DNA from: a virus
Length of the DNA stretch: 64,000 bases
Strand: one strand, 5' to 3'
Virus record (IMG/VR): IMGVR_UViG_3300029237_000366
The position numbers and the translations under genes were made by a program. The notes beneath the pieces are model-generated. The model saw nothing but the letters and a program-made list of their open reading frames with translations, was not told the DNA's origin and did not search any database. The first letter of the stretch is position 1. The number at the start of each line of letters is the position of its first letter. Positions 19,166-29,641 of this stretch are shown piece after piece.

Positions 19166-19956
19166 AGCCGTCGCTCCACATACTCTCTGTCTTGTGTAAA
19201 GACAGGCGGTTCACGGTCAACGACCCAACGGCTTCTGGAAACCTCCACAGTCGCACCCCCGTTTAATACAGAGACGGCCTCTGTTATCCTTATTTTGATG
19301 CAACAGGAGCCACGCTTGCAATCTGTGGGGAAATCATTCCAGTTGATATTGCGTTCTTTCCAAAGCATATCTTGAATTTTGTTGCAGTTCTTTCCGTGCA
19401 GCTCTCGCTGACTGAAATTCGCCTGTCCAACAGCTTCTATGCTGTTCCGTGTGGCATCCTGCTGACGCCAAATCAGACAGTTGCAGACCTCGTCCAGAGG
19501 AACGGTGAAAGCTCTGGCATCGAACATGGCAGTTTGGAACTTGCGGCGATAAACGGAAAGGTCGAGGCCGCCGTCTTCTTTTTCTGTCTGCTCGGCAAAC
19601 GCCTTATTGAACGCCAGCGTCGCCATTGATGCGGCAATGCTGCACATCTTCTGGACATTATAGCCGAACCATGCATCTGTACGAATAGAGGCGTAATCGG
19701 TCAAAACCAATGTGATTTCATCAGACTGCGTGTATCCGAAGACACAGCCCTGAATGTTAGCACACAGGAAGCGCATGGTATCCTGCATGGCAGACATAAG
19801 AATGCGGTCGAAAGGCTTTCTCATTCCCTTTGTAAAGGTGTGAAAAGCCTTGCCGTCAATACGGATGATGACAGGAACACGACGGGTCAGGTAATTGCGT
19901 GAAACACACTCGTACCGTTTCATCCTGTCGCCCAGCGAATCGCGTTGATTTCCCAT
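19162..19956 (-). CDS. Thg1-like protein (tRNA-His guanylyltransferase family, 3'-5' polymerase)
   Basis: MKRYE..RVPVIIRIDGKAFHTFTKG..KPFD...GYTQSDEITLVL matches the Thg1/TLP N-terminal palm motifs. Confidence 0.7.
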   Translation of the reverse strand: MGNQRDSLGDRMKRYECVSRNYLTRRVPVIIRIDGKAFHTFTKGMRKPFDRILMSAMQDTMRFLCANIQGCVFGYTQSDEITLVLTDYASIRTDAWFGYNVQKMCSIAASMATLAFNKAFAEQTEKEDGGLDLSVYRRKFQTAMFDARAFTVPLDEVCNCLIWRQQDATRNSIEAVGQANFSQRELHGKNCNKIQDMLWKERNINWNDFPTDCKRGSCCIKIRITEAVSVLNGGATVEVSRSRWVVDREPPVFTQDREYVERRL

Positions 19957-20046
19957 AAGCGTACCCTCCTGTAAATGTAGTTTGAAAATTGCTTGACATC
20001 ACGACCATTTGGTCGTAATATATAAGAAAAACACGACCAATCGGTC

Positions 20047-20376
20047 GTGCTGAAAGGAGATATGATTATGATAGATTTTGATATGAACTTTCAAGACACC
20101 TATAAAACTCCCAGTGAAGACCTGTTGAGCAATGGTGAGCAGTGGTTCTTCCTTGAAACCGAAAAAGACATTTTGAAGAATCGGCGTGAGGAGCTCGGAA
20201 TGACCCAGCAGCAGGTGGCAGACGCTGCACACATTCAAGCTCGCCAATATCAGAGACTGGAAAATGGAGAGCGCAATATAAGCGGCGCCAGCATGAGAAT
20301 TGGATTATCTGTATGTGCCGTCCTGAAGCTCGACCCCTATCGCTTTATGCCAGAGTTCCGTTGGAGCAAAGACTAA
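20047..20376 (+). CDS. XRE-family HTH regulator
   Basis: LGMTQQQVADAAHIQARQYQRLENGERNIS HTH segment; the only plus-strand gene in this block. Confidence 0.5.
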   Translation: MLKGDMIMIDFDMNFQDTYKTPSEDLLSNGEQWFFLETEKDILKNRREELGMTQQQVADAAHIQARQYQRLENGERNISGASMRIGLSVCAVLKLDPYRFMPEFRWSKD

Positions 20377-20887
20377 GTGTCTCCAAGAGTGCTTTTTGAG
20401 GGGCGAACTCCCGATAAAGCTCAATCTCTTTTGTGAGCCGTGCCATAATGGCATCTTCTTTAGCATCGTACCTGCCGAGGTAAATCTTCTTACTATTATA
20501 GGTAATACTGGCGACCCACTTTTCTCTCTGCCTATCAAAGAAAACGCCGGAAACGCCAGATGTGTTGGTGATATAGAGGCTGCGGTTTCTGTCGTTCTCT
20601 GACCGCTGACAACAGCGCAGATTCTCTTTTCGATTATCAGCCTTGTTTTTGTTGATATGGTCAACAAACTGGCCCGGCTTTGCGTGCATAACCAGCCGGT
20701 GAAAGCGGACAAACCGCCGTACACCGCAGTAAAAGTAACTGCTGACGAGGTAACCGTCCTTGTCACAATACCAACTGTCGCGTCCCTTTATGAGCGGCAA
20801 GTCCTCCAAATCGAATAAGAACTCGCTTGTCTTTATCCGAAGAACGCCGTATGTGTCGTGAAGTTCAATCTGCATCGCTTCGTCCAA
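20345..20887 (-). CDS. HNH endonuclease with an AP2 DNA-binding domain (homing-endonuclease-like)
   Basis: HNH motif HRLVMH...VDHINKNKADNRKENLR, then AP2 (SGVSGVFFDRQREKWVASITYNSKKIYLGRY). Confidence 0.7.
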   Translation of the reverse strand: MDEAMQIELHDTYGVLRIKTSEFLFDLEDLPLIKGRDSWYCDKDGYLVSSYFYCGVRRFVRFHRLVMHAKPGQFVDHINKNKADNRKENLRCCQRSENDRNRSLYITNTSGVSGVFFDRQREKWVASITYNSKKIYLGRYDAKEDAIMARLTKEIELYREFAPQKALLETLSLCSNGTLA

Positions 20888-21149
20888 GAGTAGCCGGGGG
20901 TTCGGCTAATCGCCTGTCGAGTATTCCTTTTATGGAATCCGCGCTAATTCGAAATGATGTGCATCCAATGCTGTTAAATTTATCTACGATGGCTTCGTCA
21001 ATAAAGTCATCACATTGCCCCTCATCTGGGACTTCAAACCTGCACACTTTTTTGTGTAAGCATTTATCACATAACAATTATCCACACCTCTTCACTGTAA
21101 CCGCTTTCCGCATCGGTCGTTTTTCTAACTCCCTCAACCGATGTGCATA

Positions 21150-21330
21150 AGCATTGGTCGTAAACCAGAACTCACGAGCGTTGCTTGCAATGCGAGTGAG
21201 TAAAAGGAAAACCGCCCGCGTAGCGGGCTTCTGGTTTACGAGCATAGTGCCGAATTCTTACTTTTGCCTTTGGCGAAAAGCTGCTGAAGGAAATATGTAT
21301 AACAGCAAATCTACAAAGCGGTTGGTCGTT
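21150..21330. ncRNA. Divergent copy (R4) of the structured noncoding element family described under 38385-40480
   Basis: ACTTTT-GCCTTTGGCG-AAAAGC hairpin at about 21262-21283, an upstream GC hairpin (GCCCGCGTAGCGGGC), and a downstream AAATCTACAAAGCGGT block shared with the 35740-35860 copy; the region has no credible ORF. Confidence 0.4.
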
Positions 21331-21524
21331 ATTCTTTGTCTGCTGGGAATAGTTTACCATCATGTAGGCAGTCTCTGGCTTTCTGGCTCATTTCAACGAG
21401 GCTGTCCACCAGTTTCTTCAATCCGTCTACGGTACTTTCACCATCGTAATCGCAGCCGATAGCCCAGATATCAAAAAGCCATTCATCCACGCAATCCGGT
21501 TCGCACATCTTGCAGCCGGTTGTT

Positions 21525-21938
21525 TCATCTGTCCAAGTCCTCACGGCATTCCTCCAACTCAAATCCCTTGTGGCAAAAACCGGTTATATCGGAGATATAG
21601 TCAGAGATGGCTTCCTCATCTTCGATGTCGTTGGGAATCGTGATTTCATTTGGCAATTCAACGCCGCCGTCATCCTCCGGGTCAATATCCCACTGAATGT
21701 TGACCGCCTTTCTCTGCGGGCATTCCACTTCGCGCCACTCTCCCTCGCACACCCAAATTTCCGAACCGAAACCACGGTCAAACTCCCATTCGTCAAACAG
21801 CTCTTGGATGGGGGTGGAGATGCGGTCGCTGTCTTCGGGGTCATCATACTGAAGCTCTGTCAACTCACGCATCAAGTCCTGTAAGGAATAACCGTGGTCA
21901 AGCATCCATTGAAGTTGGTACTTCTGGTAATCGGTCAT
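21525..21938 (-). CDS. Highly acidic hypothetical protein
   Basis: 137 aa, rich in D/E. Confidence 0.35.
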   Translation of the reverse strand: MTDYQKYQLQWMLDHGYSLQDLMRELTELQYDDPEDSDRISTPIQELFDEWEFDRGFGSEIWVCEGEWREVECPQRKAVNIQWDIDPEDDGGVELPNEITIPNDIEDEEAISDYISDITGFCHKGFELEECREDLDR

Positions 21939-21948
21939 ATCGAAAGTC

Positions 21949-22398
21949 TCACACTCCTCTTAGCGCGTCGAGAACTGCCTGCGGAACAACCCGCTTTATT
22001 TCCTCGTGAATTGCATTCATCACGACTGCGCCCTTTAAGTACTTCTCAACTTCGGTCTGGGCAAACTGCTTCGTTTTATCTTTACACTCAGCCACCGCCG
22101 CCTGTACGGTTCCCTGAATCAAATCCAGCATCTCCTTGTGCGACATCTGCTCTTTGATGTAAGACTGGACTTCTGCCTTCACCAGCTTGTCGGTCATCGG
22201 CTCAGTGTATCTGCTCTCGTAAAGGCGCCTTGCCCACACTTTGGCGGTATCAGCAACGCATTCCTCAACTTCGTTCTGGAATGCTTCTCGTGCGATTGTC
22301 TTTGCGTAAGCACGCATAGCCTTGATAACCTCCTGTTCAAAGAGGTCTCCGTTTGTAAATTCCAAATCGATTGTTGCTCTGTGCTTCATGAAACTCAC
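21949..22398 (-). CDS. Hypothetical protein
   Basis: 149-aa co-directional ORF. Confidence 0.35.
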   Translation of the reverse strand: MSFMKHRATIDLEFTNGDLFEQEVIKAMRAYAKTIAREAFQNEVEECVADTAKVWARRLYESRYTEPMTDKLVKAEVQSYIKEQMSHKEMLDLIQGTVQAAVAECKDKTKQFAQTEVEKYLKGAVVMNAIHEEIKRVVPQAVLDALRGV

Positions 22399-22410
22399 TC
22401 CTTTCTTCCA

Positions 22411-22722
22411 TCAGCTTAAGCCATCAACAAAATCCCATTCGACATTGTATCGGAACTCAGTACTCAGAATTCCATCCAACAGTTCGTCGATGTACTCCTC
22501 GTCATCCCGGTCTGTCGGGATGGGAATAATCATCTCAAACTCCGGAGCAAAGCAAGACGACTTTACCCAAATTGTTCTTTTCTCCATGTCAAAAACATCC
22601 TTATCGCATATCGGGCAGTACCCGGCAGCTCCATTGGAAGGTATGTTTATATGGTGCCCACATCTTGGACAATGGATGATGCCGCTCATACACATCGACC
22701 TTTCATAAATCGTTTCCCGCAC
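22411..22722 (-). CDS. Zinc-ribbon protein
   Basis: CPRCGH...CPICDK. Confidence 0.35.
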   Translation of the reverse strand: MRETIYERSMCMSGIIHCPRCGHHINIPSNGAAGYCPICDKDVFDMEKRTIWVKSSCFAPEFEMIIPIPTDRDDEEYIDELLDGILSTEFRYNVEWDFVDGLS

Positions 22723-22902
22723 AGTGGACAGTTGCGTATCTCAATGATATCTTGAGTCGTGAAACTGCCATCGTCGTCAAGCACTCTCACCCTCAACATT
22801 CCCTGCCTGTTTACAGCCATCTCAATGCCGCTGTATTCAACGGCTTGGTTCATTGGAACAAAATCATTTGTCCCAGACTCACAGTATGGACATCTCATAG
22901 AA

Positions 22903-23694
22903 TTAACCTTTTATATCTTTCCAGTAGCAGTAGAGACACCCGTGGGGGCATCTCGTCTTATGTTTCAGCAGTTCAGTTTTCCCTGCATAACACATACAGC
23001 CCTTTCGTTGATAGCCAGCCCCGTTTGATTCTGCATCCTCAGAAAATCCAAGCAGATTAAGGTCGTAGTCTGAAATGCAGCCACAGGCAATCGGCTCCGT
23101 AAGACCGGGTTCTGCACAGGACTCAATTCGGAGAACTTTGCCGTTATCCAGCCCTTCCCAGAACTGCTTTGCTTGCCGCAGCATATCGTCCACTTTTGAA
23201 AGCTGTGCTTGGGACGGAGCGAAACCGTTGTCGCCATAGGGAAGCGGCAATCCAGCCTTTTTGAACCGGCTTCTTGCGTGTGGATACATATCAATAACGC
23301 TCACTCTGTAGCGCTGAAATCCCATTTCCATAAAGGAAATCATTGTACGGTATGCAACTGAAAGTCCTTTCTCTGTGGGGATGATGGGGTCGATGCGAAT
23401 GACGATTTTCTCCATCGGGAACCCAGCTTTAACCAGCTCCATAATTGCGGCAAACTCCTCGTATGGAGTTGGTACATTAGGTTCCAAAGCAGAGTGCCCG
23501 TATCCAGTGATTGTTGCATGGACAATGAGTCTGTCTTTGTGTTCAAGAGCGGCATCGAAGAAATCCGGCGACACACACTTCGTAATTAGAACAGCAGCAT
23601 CAACTCTGCCTAATTTCTCGACCCAAGACAAATCAACGCCTGCGTCTCCCGCCTCCGTAATTCCAATTTTGTATAGTGCCATATCACACCTCAC
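22903..23694 (-). CDS. Cys-rich hypothetical protein (possibly DUF1848-like)
   Basis: C-terminal GCMCYAGK..CPHGCLYCYW Cys cluster. Confidence 0.35.
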   Translation of the reverse strand: MRCDMALYKIGITEAGDAGVDLSWVEKLGRVDAAVLITKCVSPDFFDAALEHKDRLIVHATITGYGHSALEPNVPTPYEEFAAIMELVKAGFPMEKIVIRIDPIIPTEKGLSVAYRTMISFMEMGFQRYRVSVIDMYPHARSRFKKAGLPLPYGDNGFAPSQAQLSKVDDMLRQAKQFWEGLDNGKVLRIESCAEPGLTEPIACGCISDYDLNLLGFSEDAESNGAGYQRKGCMCYAGKTELLKHKTRCPHGCLYCYWKDIKG

Positions 23695-25068
23695 TCGCTA
23701 TTTTGCAGCAATTAGCACAGATATTCTCTTTGATTACACTGTTGCGAGCGCCACGAACTTCCGTCCTATTACTTTCAATGAAAATCCCGTGTTCATTTGT
23801 AGTAACCTTTGGGAAGATAATCTCTCCGCAAGATTCGCATATAAAGGTTGCTGACTCAAATGTTTTTAGGAAAAGCTCACACGCTTCAGAAGCCGCTTTA
23901 TCCCACGAAACTTTTCCTTCAAAATAGGGCACAAGAGCATCTGTAATGTTCATAAAGAATCCCTCATCTCGCCTGAGTGTACAACTAAATATTCCCACCA
24001 GATACACTTGCTCATAGTGTGAGTACCAACAAGAGAAAGGCAAGATGTCTTGTTTTTACATTTATGACAAGCCGGTTTCAAAGCCTCGCTTACATCTTCA
24101 AAATCGCATACGAACCACGATTCATCCGAATCAAGGGTTATAAAAATTGAATAACCGCCATCTTGCTTCCGATATAATTCTATTGTCCAGATATCATTCT
24201 GCAATGCAACCGTGTCTGAGTTGCCGATAAACCCGATGCGTTCACGAGTTGCAAGCCATTCATCACGCTCATCCCATCTTGTTATCTCATGCATAAAATC
24301 AGCCTTTCATGTTCTCCAACATTCCTGTTCTTTGTCCCACCACTCAATCTTTCTCGGCCTGTCAATACTGTAGGTTACTCTCAACAGGTAATTGCGACCA
24401 CCACTACGATACGCCTGAAACGCCTCATTCTCATCAAGAGTTGTGATAACGCTGGAGAATGAAGAGCCAGAGCCAAGGATTTCCGGCGTTTCAATGCCGG
24501 TTTCATAATATGTTTTGCTCATCTTCTCAGAAATCATAGTCCAGTACCTGTCTACATTCTGGGCAGGTCTCGAAGAACGGATTTTGGTAGTATCCATCAT
24601 TACATTCGCCGCCGAGGTCGGCACCGCAATTCGGACAGGTATTCGGTGACCACGCCTCACGAATTGGTTTTGTTGGTATGCACTTCTTCATTTCGTTAAT
24701 TGCAAACTCCAATTCTCTTCTGACGGGTTCCCACTGATTTGTTGACAGCATAGACCGAAGAATACTAATACTGTCGAGTGCAGTCTGTATATCATTTTGT
24801 TTCACTTCGTAATCCTCTGTTCATCAATACACCTTGTGGATTTCTTGTCTGACTATCTCGCCTGTAGAATCCATTACCCATGAGTACATTTCTGTCTTCA
24901 CGATATCGCCCTTGCGATAGTTTCCCTGTTCGGGGTAACCAAATGCGCCAGAACCAGCGAACTCATCCGTATAAGTCAGTTGATACTCGTCGCTTCTTAC
25001 CGTTACATACACTATGTAGTGATGTAACGAAAATCTTTTTATTTAATTTCATATCAGCCGCCCTGCCT

Positions 25069-25239
25069 TCACTCTGACATTTTTGCTTTGCAAGACGGGC
25101 AGAACGCTTTTATTCTCCGCACTGTTTCCCCACATTTTGAGCAGGTATAACGGACTTCCCAGTGTGCGTGTTGATTTACACACCATGAACGGCGCTCATG
25201 AGGCGGCCATTCAATCGTCGGCATATCATCACCATTCAT
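25069..25239 (-). CDS. Small zinc-ribbon protein (56 aa, below the ORF-track cutoff)
   Basis: Translated by hand: MNGDDMPTIEWPPHERRSWCVNQHAHWEVRYTCSKCGETVRRIKAFCPSCKAKMSE, with two CxxC pairs. Confidence 0.3.
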   Translation of the reverse strand: MNGDDMPTIEWPPHERRSWCVNQHAHWEVRYTCSKCGETVRRIKAFCPSCKAKMSE

Positions 25240-26643
25240 CTCACATTTGTTGAAATCTGAGTAGATATCATCCCGGTTGCCATATTAAATCAGCTCTCCT
25301 TCTTATGATTCGCCGAATACCTACCCTTAATCATTTCAACAAAGCAGTTGCTATAAAACCATTTTTTCTTCACGACTTCACCCACTAAATCCAACGCTGT
25401 TTAATTCCATTGAAACAACATTATCGTTCCAAAATTCGACATTTTCACTTGTCCCGCCAAATAACAATAGTCCGTCCACCTCAACAAAGCCATGCGGATT
25501 CCATTTAATTGATTGTGTTACGCCCACGACTTTTTCTGTCCCTTGTTCATCATACTGAATAATGGGTAGGTTTGAAGCAGTTTCACAGGCTTTACGAATG
25601 GCAGGGATTGAATAGGAAACATGGTTATCATCGCAAAAACAGTTGTTTTTGTCCGCATATACAGGGATTTCAACATGAATCCGAATATTTCCACACCTCA
25701 TATAATCACCACCCTTACCACCGTTTTTTGTCTTGATATCGGTTTGGCGGAGGCAAAGAAAGCCGCTCCTCATCGTCACGAAGTTCAACCGAGAATTTGT
25801 TTGTATAATCCTCATCATCCTTGTTTGCATAGACGAGAACCTCAAATTTACCAGGGTTCCAATTAACAATGAGATTATCGTCAATGGAGTATGCGTTCCT
25901 AATAACGGCTAAGTCCTGGTGCCAAATTCCGTCCGGGGTCTCGATGCCAACATAGATTTCATTCTGATATTCCGGGTCAATATTCTGCTCTGCAACCAAC
26001 TTCAATCCCTTAGGCAACTCAATGGTAATACGATTATCGCCACTCTTCATCAGAATCCCTCCGTAATCATCTCCAACATTTTGTCAGGGGAGATATCAAG
26101 AAGCTCGGCACCGACGGCCAAGAGCAAGTCAGTGGTTGCCTCGTCACCTTTGTTGCAGAGGTAAAAGGACTGAATTACATTGGCAACATCTTCGGGGAAA
26201 AGCATTGTGTTCATAACGACCTACACTTTCTTACAACAACTTTCACATAACTCCAGTGTCTGCCTGCCAATCGTTGCTTCGTAGCGAACGCTATCTGCAT
26301 ACAATGGGGCGCCGCAATTATCACACCTACCAACAAAAGTAGGACGGAAAAAGAGATAATCGCGGACACGACACTCTCTTCTTCTTTGCTCAGAGCAGGA
26401 ATCATAGTTTTGACACATAGTACATTTACGCATTTGGAAGCACCTCAAAACAAAGCGTGAAGAATTGCACGCAGCGTTCGCTTCCAGCGGCCATTACGGT
26501 ATTCATACCCGTTGACATACAGTCTATTGCCTACCTGCGACAGGCTCACGCTTGACTTCGCGCCTGGAACCGGAGGCAGAAGAGACCCGTTTACAAAAAC
26601 CTTGTTTCCGATGATGTTTACATTCATAAAGGCACCCTCCTGA

Positions 26644-27081
26644 TTAACCGCAACCGTAGTCATAGATGTCATCATCAATCAGGGTCTCTACCTGCTCTCG
26701 TGTCATATCGCAGAGACGGAGGATGGCTTTGATAACCCGCTCATGGACTTCTGCAATACTTGATGGCTCATTTTCTGTCCGCTCCCACGGGTAAGAAGGC
26801 GGATAATAGAAGTAAGATTCCCCATCGCCATTGTCACCGTATGTCAGGGAATCCGTATCGTCACAAAAAGTGAAGACATCCGCCAGATTCTCAAAAGGTT
26901 CGCCATAAAGGTAGTCATCAATGTCAAACCCATCCTCTGAGATTTCTTCACCGGGCAGCTGCTCCTTCAAAAGCTGGATACACTTCTGCGGATTCAGAAA
27001 AGGGCGCAGCTGATTAACACGAACCCCGACGCCCTCGCAAATCCAGTAGCTCATACTCATTTTGGGATACCTCCACTTCAT
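26644..27081 (-). CDS. Acidic hypothetical protein
   Basis: 145-aa ORF rich in D/E. Confidence 0.35.
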   Translation of the reverse strand: MKWRYPKMSMSYWICEGVGVRVNQLRPFLNPQKCIQLLKEQLPGEEISEDGFDIDDYLYGEPFENLADVFTFCDDTDSLTYGDNGDGESYFYYPPSYPWERTENEPSSIAEVHERVIKAILRLCDMTREQVETLIDDDIYDYGCG

Positions 27082-27408
27082 TTTTCTTTATTGTTGCAAA
27101 AGTGACTCCACTCCCAGCCTCACCACACGCCTTTACGCTGTGCCATATTCCCACCACAGCATGACCTCTTGTGCCATGCGGTAGTCCTTTCAGCCTTTCT
27201 ATCGGGGAGCAGGGGGATTAGTGTTTCCCGTCTCAGTTTACCAAAGTATTATGTGCGGCTATGGCTTGTGCGCAGCTTCCGCAACGCCTTCGGTGGTGCA
27301 ACGCCACCTAACCGCTATTTCTTTTACGCCCGGTCACAATATGTGTGCCACTTTGGATTCCGACCGCCACTTACAGCCGCGATATGTTATCTCAATCGGG
27401 CAAGGTGG

Positions 27409-27906
27409 TTAATACCAGAGATGGAAGCACCACTTAGAAAATAGGCGCAGTGCCTCGGTTCGACACCGCTCCAGCTCTACACGAACCGACTCCCATTTTT
27501 CCGGGTCGTACTCGCCATCTTCATAGTAGCGTTTCTGATGCAGTCGTTGATACACATGGTCTTCATCGCAGTTCTCAAAGTAGAAAATCATCTCCTTAAT
27601 AACCGCATTTGTTTCTTCCTCATCAAGCTGTTTATCTGCTTCGACATCGTAGAACAGGCCGACATTGTTTTTCAGAAACTCTGTAAGTAGAACGGGCATC
27701 TTAGCTGTGAAGTTGTACCCAAGCTCGAAGACATCGGTGAAATCATAGCCGCGCCATGCACGCTGCCATGCATACCGCAGCTGCCACCAAAACTCTCTCA
27801 GCTTGTAGCGCAGAGAAGCGCCCTTTGTCCGCTCAAGAAAACCGTTCAAACCGAATTTTGTCAAGACCGCACCTCCTCCATGATTTGCTGGACTACTTCT
27901 GCCCAC
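27409..27906 (-). CDS. Hypothetical protein
   Basis: 165-aa ORF. Confidence 0.35.
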   Translation of the reverse strand: MGRSSPANHGGGAVLTKFGLNGFLERTKGASLRYKLREFWWQLRYAWQRAWRGYDFTDVFELGYNFTAKMPVLLTEFLKNNVGLFYDVEADKQLDEEETNAVIKEMIFYFENCDEDHVYQRLHQKRYYEDGEYDPEKWESVRVELERCRTEALRLFSKWCFHLWY

Positions 27907-28421
27907 TCGGGGTTTCCGTTATACCGAACGCAGACCCCTTCAACAGTTTCGCCGTTATAATATTTGCCATCGGGACTGAGATAATGTTTGGCGAGATATG
28001 CGGCGACCGTGTCAATGCACTCTTCCATACTGGAAAACTCCATCTGCCCGAAGCCCATAATGTTATTTGGGCGGAATTGATAGCGTCCCCAACCACTTTC
28101 CAGCGCCGCAACAGCAGCAAGGAAATCTGCACGAACCCCATGCTTAACCTCAGCATCAATGAATACTTGCTCCAATCCAATCAGGTTATGGCGAAGGTGT
28201 AAGTCTTCTGCCGCTAATCCTGACGGAGAGGTCAGCAAACCGTCATCAACCTCGACGGTCTCCGGCTCAGCTGCAAGGTTTGTCTCAAAAGTTCCTTCTG
28301 TATGCAGTGCTGTTGTTATAGGCTCGACCTGCTGCTGCTCTTTCTGTGCATCAATAGGTGTGGCAAATGCAATTACCACAACCACCATCAGCATAAAAAT
28401 CGGCGGAAGTATCCGCTTCAT
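27861..28421 (-). CDS. Secreted glucosaminidase/lysozyme-like protein (candidate lysis or peptidoglycan hydrolase)
   Basis: N-terminal signal/TM segment, then an AVAALESGWGR...NNIMGFG glucosaminidase-like motif. Confidence 0.5.
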   Translation of the reverse strand: MKRILPPIFMLMVVVVIAFATPIDAQKEQQQVEPITTALHTEGTFETNLAAEPETVEVDDGLLTSPSGLAAEDLHLRHNLIGLEQVFIDAEVKHGVRADFLAAVAALESGWGRYQFRPNNIMGFGQMEFSSMEECIDTVAAYLAKHYLSPDGKYYNGETVEGVCVRYNGNPEWAEVVQQIMEEVRS

Positions 28422-28434
28422 TCAATCCCTCCTG

Positions 28435-29082
28435 TCAGTGCTCGTTAAATACCACCTGTTCTCCTGTGTGCAAAGACCAGCAGCCACCAGATGTGCAGGC
28501 ACATTCCGTGCAGTTGCCGCCACATTCTTTTGCGTCTGACCTTGCGGTAGTTGTCCCATCTTTATATCGGACATGGGCTTCCGGCAGTTGGAAAGGATTA
28601 TCCATCCTTAGACCTTTCCATGCGCTGAAAATCATATGTAGGTTTGAAGGCAATGGTATGCCAGACGCCAGAACCTCATTGACGATTTCATACTTCTTTG
28701 TGAAGCATAGAATCTCACAATGGGAATTGCGCTTGGCGACCTCCATCATGATGTGAAAATAAGTGGTATTTGGAATATCTCCGGAAACATGAAAGCGGAA
28801 GAATCGAGACAGCATAATCGCCGCCTCGACCTCCCGCCAGTATGTTGCCGGTTCTGTCTCTAAAACCTGTAGATTATTTCGATAAGCCGCCGCAACACTT
28901 GGCCGACGGCGCTCTATGCGTCTTGCGTAACACTTCCTGCTGCAATCACACTCCCGGCAGGTCAAACCGGATGGAAGCGATACGCTCTGGATGCTGCCGA
29001 GCTTTTCATTCCCTCGACTAATACTAACTTTCAATAGTGAACCGCCTCCTATGTCATCGATTTTTTCTTCTGGCAAAATCAT
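28435..29082 (-). CDS. Cys-rich hypothetical protein
   Basis: CRECDCSRKC and C-terminal CGGNCTECAC..GGC clusters. Confidence 0.35.
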   Translation of the reverse strand: MILPEEKIDDIGGGSLLKVSISRGNEKLGSIQSVSLPSGLTCRECDCSRKCYARRIERRRPSVAAAYRNNLQVLETEPATYWREVEAAIMLSRFFRFHVSGDIPNTTYFHIMMEVAKRNSHCEILCFTKKYEIVNEVLASGIPLPSNLHMIFSAWKGLRMDNPFQLPEAHVRYKDGTTTARSDAKECGGNCTECACTSGGCWSLHTGEQVVFNEH

Positions 29083-29128
29083 TGAATTATGCCAAAGAAA
29101 AAGAGCCGAATAAATCGGCTCTTGGAAA

Positions 29129-29611
29129 TTAGATATAAGCTACGCTCAAAGTTCCACGATGCTCACGGCGCAAAAGCGCCAGCAGTCTATCTGGGTCTGT
29201 ATTCGTCAAGAGTTTATACCACGCTGAGTGAAAAAACTTTTCCAACTCTTTCTGCAGCGATTCGTTATTATCCTTTAGCGCGGTACGATAATCATCCGCA
29301 GCAACACAAACAATGGCGTTTGCCAAGCTCTGATATGGGTCTGCTCCATCGTACTGCAAGCGCATCCTGCTTTCGGAAGAGTCCCATTCCTCACGGCTTG
29401 TCATGGCTGTTGCGCTCTTTGCGCCACGAGGGATGCAACCACAGGATTTTGTCTTACCAGACTTGAGGTAGCGCCCCTCGGCGATATATGTATTGCCGCA
29501 CTTACATTCACAAAGCCACCGTGGCTGACGATTGTGATTGTTTTTAACACGGCGAATGACCTTCAGATTTCCAAAAGTCTCGCCTGTCAAGTCGATAGAT
29601 ACTCCGCTCAT
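29129..29611 (-). CDS. Zinc-ribbon hypothetical protein
   Basis: WLCECKCGNTYIAEGRYLKSGKTKSCGC. Confidence 0.35.
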   Translation of the reverse strand: MSGVSIDLTGETFGNLKVIRRVKNNHNRQPRWLCECKCGNTYIAEGRYLKSGKTKSCGCIPRGAKSATAMTSREEWDSSESRMRLQYDGADPYQSLANAIVCVAADDYRTALKDNNESLQKELEKFFHSAWYKLLTNTDPDRLLALLRREHRGTLSVAYI

Positions 29612-29641
29612 GGTTCACATCTCCTTTCGCAGATGTACGGG

